DNA of 35,325 bases from Bacteroidia bacterium (GTDB lineage Bacteria > Bacteroidota > Bacteroidia > Palsa-965), in the NCBI GenBank assembly GCA_035760825.1, contig DASTSF010000436.1:1-35325 (forward strand), given 5' to 3'. A program made the translations under genes and the position numbers. How positions within the stretch are numbered: the first letter of the stretch is position 1; each line of letters begins with the position of its first letter. Below the pieces are notes generated by a model. That model had not been told where the DNA came from. It saw only the letters and a program-made list of their open reading frames with translations, and ran no database searches. Of this stretch, positions 8,197 through 14,418 are shown in pieces.

Positions 8197-9816
8197 TTAC
8201 TTCGCTCTTATTGAATCCGCATAAGGCCGCAGATCGTAAATGCGCGCCTGCCGGAACCGGCCCATTTCGAATTTTGTATAGGGAAGAATATCCGGATCGT
8301 ACTGCATTCCTTCGCAATTAAGAACAAGATAATTCGCGCCGTATGAAATAAAAGCGTGAATGCGGTCGCCCCTGTTGCCGAGCGAGGAATAGCTGCAGTC
8401 GGTATATCCCTTGCGGTCCATCATCACAAGACTGTAGTCCGGGCTGGGATCCGGGATGCTGATCACAATATCATCGCGGGTGATCTTCAGGGAATCAAAC
8501 ACGGGCCTGGCCTCCTGCAGGTTGATCATGTCCTTTTCGTATGTGTGATCGAAGTTGTGCCATTTGCTGTATTCTTCCTGCGAAATAAAGACGGACGTTT
8601 CTGCAAAAGGATCGATGGACGAATACCTGATGCGGGTGATCATCGCGCAATTCCATGCGGAAAAAAGAAGAACAACCCCGGAGACCACCTGCACGCGGCG
8701 GTCATGAAAAAGAGACGCGGCAGTTTTGCGCACGTAGCGCGCGGCAACCAGCAGGAGAACCGCGACGAACGGGAGCATGTTGACGAGGTAGTAATCGTGA
8801 ACCGTGAACACCTGGAAGAAAAGGAGCAGGTACAGAAGAACGATCAGGGCCGAAACCGAAAGGATAAATACAGAAACCTTCCCCATGCGCCGCCAGTCGA
8901 GGAACATCCACAACATTACACCGGACAGAAAAAACAGGACCGGCCGGTTAAAATACACGGGAAGAAGATCATTCACGAGCGATCTCGATGTCAGGACGAT
9001 TTCCGCCCATGTCATGTCCCAAACCGGGAGTATGCCGACGAGAAAAACTCCTTCGTCATGTGTCTTGTTGTAGTGGTCTGCATAAACATACCAGGCAGCA
9101 ACCAGCAGGAGAACCACGCCGGCGGAAATCATTACAGCTGCCGGGCGCCGGAAAACAGCCATGCGTTTTTTTCCGGGAAGCAGTCCGGCGAGCGCGAGCG
9201 AACAAACGATGCCCAGCGTATACAAAGAAGTGATCTTCATCCAGCCGGCGATGGTGGTGAGTAATGCGGCGAACACGAGATCCGTCCACCGGTTCCACCG
9301 GTGATAGCGGAACCAGAACCACCCGCCGCAAATGGCGATACACATTGCCGACGCATCCGCAATAAATGAAATGCCATACGTGGAAAGAAGCGGCGTAGTA
9401 AAAAAAAGCAGGGAAAGCCCGAGCGCCCACCACGTATTCCGCAGGGAAAGCTCGAAGATGCGGAACAGGCAGAGCAGCCCTAAAAACAGGATGATGTTCT
9501 GGACGGCCCGGTATACCCATGGATGATAACCGAAAATCCTCCACAGCTGAGCAACGGAATAATTCAGCAGGGGCATTTCGCTGACTGTTTCCTGCGGACC
9601 CGCCGGAGAGCAGAAATGCACCTGCGGATCGAGGAACGAACGATGTCCGAAATAATAATTCGTGGCCATGGAATAGCAATCCGCCTGGCGCCATGTATGA
9701 TGCCCTCTCGGGCCGTACCTGTAGATATAGGGATAATTGTACAGCAGGCACAGGACCACAAATGCAGCAAGGAAAAGCCCAAACGATCGTTTCGGGAAAT
9801 AACGCTTCCTGAACAT
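8197..9816 (-). CDS. Polytopic membrane protein, possibly a GT-C-fold (ArnT/PMT-like) glycosyltransferase
   Basis: 539 aa, ATG start. About 10 or more hydrophobic helices across residues 1-400, then a soluble C-terminal domain of about 140 aa. The aromatic-rich first loop resembles GT39/GT83-type enzymes. The family call is unverified. Confidence 0.65.
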   Translation of the reverse strand: MFRKRYFPKRSFGLFLAAFVVLCLLYNYPYIYRYGPRGHHTWRQADCYSMATNYYFGHRSFLDPQVHFCSPAGPQETVSEMPLLNYSVAQLWRIFGYHPWVYRAVQNIILFLGLLCLFRIFELSLRNTWWALGLSLLFFTTPLLSTYGISFIADASAMCIAICGGWFWFRYHRWNRWTDLVFAALLTTIAGWMKITSLYTLGIVCSLALAGLLPGKKRMAVFRRPAAVMISAGVVLLLVAAWYVYADHYNKTHDEGVFLVGILPVWDMTWAEIVLTSRSLVNDLLPVYFNRPVLFFLSGVMLWMFLDWRRMGKVSVFILSVSALIVLLYLLLFFQVFTVHDYYLVNMLPFVAVLLLVAARYVRKTAASLFHDRRVQVVSGVVLLFSAWNCAMITRIRYSSIDPFAETSVFISQEEYSKWHNFDHTYEKDMINLQEARPVFDSLKITRDDIVISIPDPSPDYSLVMMDRKGYTDCSYSSLGNRGDRIHAFISYGANYLVLNCEGMQYDPDILPYTKFEMGRFRQARIYDLRPYADSIRAK

Positions 9817-9941
9817 GAAGTAAACCTACTAAAGAATCCCGATGTGAATCCGCCGGTTTTACGTGCAAAAGAGACAGCGGCGCGGTCCGGCATTCCGCGT
9901 TGCCGTTTTTTTGGCGAATTTGCGGTTCCAAATTCCTGCCC

Positions 9942-10454
9942 ATGAAATATTTCTTTCCCGTAATTTTTCTTTTTCTCATTTCCTGCGGAGGAAAAGGAAA
10001 TCTTCAGTTGCCGGGAGTTTCCATTGAAAAAAACGCAAAGCTGGAAGCCATGCAGAAATTCCATATCGCCGCGCTGAAAGCACAGGACAATATCCTGCTG
10101 TGGGTGGCCATTCCCGGATCAGATGAAAGCAAAGTGCTGCTGTCCGCTTTCATTTCCGGAGGACATACATCGCCTGAAACGGCGCTGCGCTCCTCGTTCA
10201 GGAACGACACGGTACACCGGGCAAAGATCGATACGCTGATCTCGCATTATGGGACATTGCTCAACGCATACAAAGACGTGACCAGTTCCCTTAATTCCAT
10301 TGCTGATTATAACGATCCGGCGAGAATGCTCCCGGCGCAGGCAATGGTGTATGACAACGACGGCGCGGTCCGGATGCTCTTCCGCCGGTTCGAAAACGAA
10401 TTGACCGCGCTGGAGCAGGAATCCGAAGAACCGGCAGCCGTTGTGATACGGTGA
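9942..10454 (+). CDS. Hypothetical lipoprotein
   Basis: Internal ATG of ORF 9900..10454. MKYFFPVIFLFLISCGGKG is a lipoprotein signal with a lipobox Cys. The remainder is helical-looking with no recognised family. Confidence 0.5.
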   Translation: MKYFFPVIFLFLISCGGKGNLQLPGVSIEKNAKLEAMQKFHIAALKAQDNILLWVAIPGSDESKVLLSAFISGGHTSPETALRSSFRNDTVHRAKIDTLISHYGTLLNAYKDVTSSLNSIADYNDPARMLPAQAMVYDNDGAVRMLFRRFENELTALEQESEEPAAVVIR

Positions 10455-10497
10455 GGCATCCCCGCCACATTGCGTTTCCATCAAAACAGGTTTTTCG

Positions 10498-10505
10498 TAC
10501 ATTTG
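10498..10505 (+). promoter_or_regulatory. Bacteroidota -7 promoter box TACATTTG for tRNA-Cys
   Basis: Exact TAnnTTTG match ending 14 nt upstream of tRNA position 1. Confidence 0.5.
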
Positions 10506-10519
10506 TCGTCCCTCAAAAA

Positions 10520-10590
10520 GGTCCTGTGGCCGAGTGGCTAGGCTCAGCTCTGCAAAAGCTGCTACAGCGGTTCGAATCCGCTCGGGACCT
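10520..10590 (+). tRNA. tRNA-Cys (anticodon GCA)
   Basis: Hand-folded cloverleaf. Acceptor GGTCCTG/CGGGACC, with one G-U pair. D arm GCC-GAGTGGCTA-GGC. Anticodon arm CAGCT-CTGCAAA-AGCTG, giving anticodon GCA. T arm AGCGG-TTCGAAT-CCGCT. Discriminator U73, the Cys identity element. CCA is not encoded. Confidence 0.9.
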
Positions 10591-10605
10591 CAACAAATGC
10601 AATCG

Positions 10606-10637
10606 CCCGGACAACATCGTCCGGGTTTTGTTTTTTT
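10606..10637 (+). terminator. Rho-independent terminator after tRNA-Cys
   Basis: CCCGGAC-aacatc-GTCCGGG, a perfect 7-bp stem, followed by TTTTGTTTTTTT. Confidence 0.8.
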
Positions 10638-10654
10638 CCGGCGACCGTTCCCGG

Positions 10655-10695
10655 GAAAACAACAAAAGCGTTTCCCGCAAAACAGGAAACGCTTT
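10655..10695 (-). terminator. Rho-independent terminator ending the ArsR-DoxX-SRPBCC operon
   Basis: Perfect 11-bp stem AAAGCGTTTCC/GGAAACGCTTT (10665-10675 and 10685-10695) with a 9-nt loop. On the minus strand it is followed by TGTTGTTTTC. Confidence 0.7.
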
Positions 10696-10713
10696 CATTC
10701 ATATCCGCGGACA

Positions 10714-11637
10714 TCAGTTTTGTTTCGCAAGAAATTCCGCCAAAGCCGTTCCAACGAGGTACGTCCAGCCCCCTGCGAAATTCTCCGGATCGAAATCGGG
10801 ATTATCCGCGGGGAACGAGAGTAGCCCGGAATGCATCAGGCGCAGCCTGGTTTTTCCTTCCTCCGGGAACAGCTCGAATGTCACCAGCGAATTTCCGGAA
10901 TAGCCGTCGTACCTCCAGGAATACGTGAGTTTTTCCATCGCAACAACTTCTGTCACTTTACAGATGTGGAGATACGGGCGGCCGGGATCTTTTCCGCCGT
11001 AAAACCGGAACTCACATCCTTTTTCGGCCCGGAATTCCGGAAGGTCGAAATACCATTTTTTCATTTCGTCTTTGTCCGTAATGGCTTTCCACACCCTGGC
11101 GACGGAAGCGTTGAAGATGCGTTCAATGGTGAAAGCACCTGGCTGCATGACCGTGTACATTTTGGAAAGATATTCCCCGAGACGGTTGAGCGTTTGCTTT
11201 CCGCCTTCGATCGCGCCGTGTTCTTTTTCGAGGCGATCCAATTCTTCTTCCGACGGGAAAATGCCGCGCATCGTAAGAAATGTTTTATCACCCCGGGCTT
11301 CAAACGTGATCTCCGAACGGAAGTTCACCGGTTCCGTATCGCCGTCGTCGGAATGCTCATACACGATGCGCTCCGGCTTCACCACCTCGACGTAAACGAT
11401 CTTGTTCGGGTAGTTTCTTCCGTCGGGACCGTGGAACATAAAGCGCCATTCGCCGCCGGGCTTTACCTCCATGTTCTTATGCGTCAGGGAAAATCCGTTC
11501 GGGCCCCACCAGTTTTTGATGTGTTCGGGATCGGTCCACACTTCCCAAACGAGTTCGCGCGGCGCGTTGAGCAGGCGCGTGTGAATGAGCTCGCGTCCCC
11601 TGCGTTCGAAGGTTGCGGTTTTTGTTTCCTGTTCCAT
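10714..11637 (-). CDS. Tandem double SRPBCC (AHSA1/Aha1-like START-fold) domain protein
   Basis: Start re-set to the ATG at 11637 (MEQETKTATFERRG...), 1 nt after the upstream stop. There are two copies of the AHSA1-type signature: LLNAPRELVWEVWTDPEHIKNWWGP and IFNASVARVWKAITDKDEMKKWYF. Confidence 0.8.
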   Translation of the reverse strand: MEQETKTATFERRGRELIHTRLLNAPRELVWEVWTDPEHIKNWWGPNGFSLTHKNMEVKPGGEWRFMFHGPDGRNYPNKIVYVEVVKPERIVYEHSDDGDTEPVNFRSEITFEARGDKTFLTMRGIFPSEEELDRLEKEHGAIEGGKQTLNRLGEYLSKMYTVMQPGAFTIERIFNASVARVWKAITDKDEMKKWYFDLPEFRAEKGCEFRFYGGKDPGRPYLHICKVTEVVAMEKLTYSWRYDGYSGNSLVTFELFPEEGKTRLRLMHSGLLSFPADNPDFDPENFAGGWTYLVGTALAEFLAKQN

Positions 11638-11638
11638 T

Positions 11639-12145
11639 TCAATGCGTGGTTTTTGTTTGTGCAACAAAATATTCGTCGAGGTTTCCGTGTGCCATGGTGA
11701 ATCCCTGTTCGAAGCCCATTTCAATAATAGTGGCAAGGTCTTTTTCCGAGGCAAACGTGATCTCAACCGTCACTTTTGTCCCCGAAGCGGTTTTCCCGAA
11801 TTCCACGTCCCAGTCCATTCCGGGCGGCTGGGGAAAAACAGTTCCGTTCTCGTCGCAGAAGGAATCTTTCCCGTGAAAAAATTTATGGGGAATGATCTTC
11901 ATGTAATCGGCCCTTGCCCAGTGGCGTTCGCCGTTCGGGCCCACCATACAGTAGAGCCAGCGACCGCCTTCCCGGAAATCCATTTCCTTCGTTTCGGCCT
12001 TCCAGGGTTTGGGCGCCCACCATTTGTCGAGAATGTCTTTGTCTGTCCACGCCGTCCAGGTCATTTCGAGCGGCGCGGCGAATTCCCGTGTTACAAAAAT
12101 TTTTTTGCCGGGAAGGTCTTTGGTGAAAATCGTTTTCATGAGCAT
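11639..12145 (-). CDS. SRPBCC (AHSA1-like) domain protein
   Basis: 168 aa. REFAAPLEMTWTAWTDKDILDKWWAPKPW is the same START-fold signature. An alternative ATG lies at 12139. Confidence 0.8.
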   Translation of the reverse strand: MLMKTIFTKDLPGKKIFVTREFAAPLEMTWTAWTDKDILDKWWAPKPWKAETKEMDFREGGRWLYCMVGPNGERHWARADYMKIIPHKFFHGKDSFCDENGTVFPQPPGMDWDVEFGKTASGTKVTVEITFASEKDLATIIEMGFEQGFTMAHGNLDEYFVAQTKTTH

Positions 12146-12210
12146 TTGTTTTTAGCGGTGTTATTTTTTAATTGTTTTTGACCCCGAAGAATAAATACTG
12201 CTGTGTGTAC

Positions 12211-12588
12211 TTATTGTGCGTGAACGGCGCCCGTTTTTTTTCTCCAGAAAATATACGAGACGACGCCGGGCGCAATGAACAATGCCATAGGCAGCACCAT
12301 GAGCGGAGGCGTTCCCACTGCGAGCACGGAATAAACCGCGCCGAGGAGATCGAACGCGAGCCCCGCATACGCCCATTCTTTCACACGCGGAAAACCGGGA
12401 ACAAGCAAAGCTGCGACGCCGAGCACCTTCATCAACCCGATGAAAGGCGTGAAATACGACGGGTACCCGAGCTTCGACATGAAGCTTACAGCATCGGCCG
12501 TATTAAGGACATCCGGCACGGCCGAGAAAAGCATCACGGCAGCGAACAGTCCTGTGGAAATCCAGTAAATGATGTTGGTCTTTTTCAT
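12211..12588 (-). CDS. DoxX-like family small membrane protein
   Basis: 125 aa with four hydrophobic helices. IYWISTGLFAAVMLFSAVPDVL ... KVLGVAALLVPGFPRVKEWAYAG is typical of DoxX_2-type proteins. Confidence 0.75.
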   Translation of the reverse strand: MKKTNIIYWISTGLFAAVMLFSAVPDVLNTADAVSFMSKLGYPSYFTPFIGLMKVLGVAALLVPGFPRVKEWAYAGLAFDLLGAVYSVLAVGTPPLMVLPMALFIAPGVVSYIFWRKKTGAVHAQ

Positions 12589-12644
12589 TTTTCAGCGGTT
12601 ATGTGATTTATTATTCTGCGTTAACGGTCTTTTCGCCGGAGCGG

Positions 12645-12989
12645 TCACTTTCTTTTTTTCCTGCCGTTTTTTTTCTTTTTGGATTGCAGTTCTTCGAGAT
12701 ACGCTTCGAGCGCATCCAGCTTCTTTTCCCAGAATTCGCGGTACTGGTTCACCCAGTCGGATACTTCGTTCAGCTTCGACAGCTTCGCTTCGCAATAGCG
12801 TTCGCGCCCCTGCTGCTTCACGACCACGAGTCCGCACTCGGTAAGAATTTTCAGGTGTTTGTAAACCGCCGTGCGGCTCACGTCAAAATTCCCGGCGACG
12901 GAATTCACATTCAGCGGCTGGTGCGCGATCATGTGGAGAATTTCCCTCCGCGTCGGATCGGCAATCGCCTGGAATACGTCTCTTCTCAT
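12645..12989 (-). CDS. ArsR/SmtB-family winged-helix transcriptional regulator (no metal-binding Cys motif seen)
   Basis: The track start at 13010 is TTG; the ATG at 12989 gives MRRDVFQAIADPTRREILHMI...VSRTAVYKHLKILTECGLV, the ArsR HTH. Lys-rich C-terminal tail. No ELCVCDL-type site. Confidence 0.85.
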   Translation of the reverse strand: MRRDVFQAIADPTRREILHMIAHQPLNVNSVAGNFDVSRTAVYKHLKILTECGLVVVKQQGRERYCEAKLSKLNEVSDWVNQYREFWEKKLDALEAYLEELQSKKKKNGRKKRK

Positions 12990-12991
12990 AA

Positions 12992-13035
12992 TGCAACCTT
13001 TTGGTTGCAAATATATATGAAACCTTTTGGTTTCA
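12992..13035. promoter_or_regulatory. Two operator-like 7-4-7 inverted repeats: TGCAACC-TTTT-GGTTGCA (12992-13009) and TGAAACC-TTTT-GGTTTCA (13018-13035)
   Basis: The two IRs are near-identical, with 26 bp between centres. They sit immediately upstream of the arsR-like ATG and bracket the -7 box. Confidence 0.6.
13008..13015 (-). promoter_or_regulatory. Bacteroidota -7 promoter box TATATTTG for the ArsR operon, with TTTG -33 element at 13036-13039
   Basis: Exact TAnnTTTG on the minus strand (plus strand caaatata). A TTTG element lies 20 nt upstream. The ATG at 12989 is 18 nt downstream. Confidence 0.55.
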
Positions 13036-13500
13036 CAAAATTTTTTTCACGGCCGCAGTTCAATTTCCCGGTGAATGGATTTCCGCTGTACGACAAGCGG
13101 CTGCTTTTCGATATCCTCCTGATGTTCGTCGCGCTGATGTATGCACGTCTTTATTTTGACCGGTTCGCGGGAAGACGGAAAGGAAAAAGTTCTTGCGCAC
13201 CGCATGGTGGACGAGGCCCCGGTTCCGGGATAAATCGCGCCGTTTTAACCTCTAATCATTCTCTAATGTTTGTGATGCCATTGCGTTTTAATTTGTATTT
13301 TTCCATTGGCACACAACACATTCATGGAAGAGCCCTGCAGAGATTTCCGCCGCGTTTTCACGGCTGGTCAGCGTTTCCGGTATGGCATTTACCAGCTTTC
13401 CGATCATTTCTTTGGACGAAAAAAGTTTTTCAATAAGAGCCGGCAAAAATTTTTCCGTTCGCTGGCCGCACATCTTGAAAAACAGGGAGAAGGAAAGATC

Positions 13501-14418
13501 ATGCCGGTGGAGCGGAGAAAAGACCTTTCCCTGGAAGAATTCAAATCGCATTATGTGCGGAAAGGAATCCCTGTCGTTCTCGAGGGCGCGGCGAAAGACT
13601 GGGCGTGCGTGCAGAAATGGTCGCTGGAATATTTCCGGCAGCTGCACGGGAAAGATGAGATTGTGCTCGTGGACCAGGGAAAAAAAGAATACCCGTACGA
13701 GCTGACCACGCTTGCCGACGTTATCGACAATATCCGCGGGGGAGGAGGGAAGTATTACCGCTTTTACCCGCTGCTGACAAGGCACCCGGAGCACATCAAC
13801 GATTTCGATTATAAATTCCTACGCGAACGGCGAACGAGCCCGACGTGGTTCGATGCCTTCCAGGTTTTTATCGGCGGGGAAAATTCGTATACCTGTCTTC
13901 ACAATGCCAACCAGTCGAATTTATTCGTGCAGGTGTACGGTGAAAAAAAATGGGTGCTTTATTCGCATTACTATTCCCCGGTGATCGATCCGGATCCCGT
14001 GCGGAATGTATATCGCAACGCGCCATCGAAAAGAGAAGACGGTCCCTTTAATCCTTTCGAACCGGACTTCTCACCTCCCTACGAGCTGTACCGCTACCTC
14101 GACGGGTATTCGGTTCACCTGAAGCCGGGTGACATCCTGTGGAACCCGCCGTTTTACTGGCACGCTGTGAAAAACACTGCTGATTCGATCGGTGTCGGTT
14201 ATCGCTGGCTTTCCCCTTTTTATTCGTTCAGGGTCTCGCCGCTGTACATGCTGCTGGATTGCTTCGCGACGAATCCGCCGATGTGGAAAGCATACAGTCT
14301 TTACCGCAAGGACCTCAACGAGCTTCATCTTGCAGAAGTGAAACAGCTGGAAGAGGCGAAGAAAAAGATCGCGGAGCACGAAGCGAAAAACCGGCCCGTG
14401 ACAGGGCTCAGCGCGTGA
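13501..14418 (+). CDS. Cupin_8/JmjC (FIH-like) double-stranded beta-helix protein with an atypical HxA...H metal site
   Basis: The track ORF starts at TTG 13306; the ATG at 13501 gives MPVERRKDLSLEEFKSHYVRKGIPVVLEGAAKDW, a typical cupin_8 N-terminus. Core sequences are YTCLHNANQSNLFVQVYGEKKWVLY and GDILWNPPFYWHAVKN. The start is uncertain (alternative ATG at 13324). Confidence 0.8.
   Translation: MPVERRKDLSLEEFKSHYVRKGIPVVLEGAAKDWACVQKWSLEYFRQLHGKDEIVLVDQGKKEYPYELTTLADVIDNIRGGGGKYYRFYPLLTRHPEHINDFDYKFLRERRTSPTWFDAFQVFIGGENSYTCLHNANQSNLFVQVYGEKKWVLYSHYYSPVIDPDPVRNVYRNAPSKREDGPFNPFEPDFSPPYELYRYLDGYSVHLKPGDILWNPPFYWHAVKNTADSIGVGYRWLSPFYSFRVSPLYMLLDCFATNPPMWKAYSLYRKDLNELHLAEVKQLEEAKKKIAEHEAKNRPVTGLSA

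Noticed and set aside
8356-9264. A 302-aa plus-strand ORF, plus the 307-aa minus-strand ORF at 9056..9979
   Set aside because: Both are antisense or alternate-frame shadows of the polytopic membrane protein gene 8197..9816. Their composition is Arg/His/Gly-rich and unstructured. They lack a signal peptide, domains or sensible boundaries.
10831-11700. A 289-aa plus-strand ORF
   Set aside because: It is antisense to the double-SRPBCC gene, which carries two clear AHSA1-type signatures.
10520-13040. tRNA-Cys as an integration site, with the adjacent ArsR operon as a genomic islet
   Set aside because: There is no integrase, no direct repeat of the tRNA 3' end that I could find downstream, and no composition shift. 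The tRNA and the operon each have their own clean terminators facing each other.
12603-13436. A 277-aa plus-strand ORF spanning the arsR gene and the following spacer
   Set aside because: Its first 130 codons are antisense to the well-supported ArsR regulator. The remainder has no recognisable features and runs through the operator and promoter. I kept only the note that 13040-13500 is unexplained.
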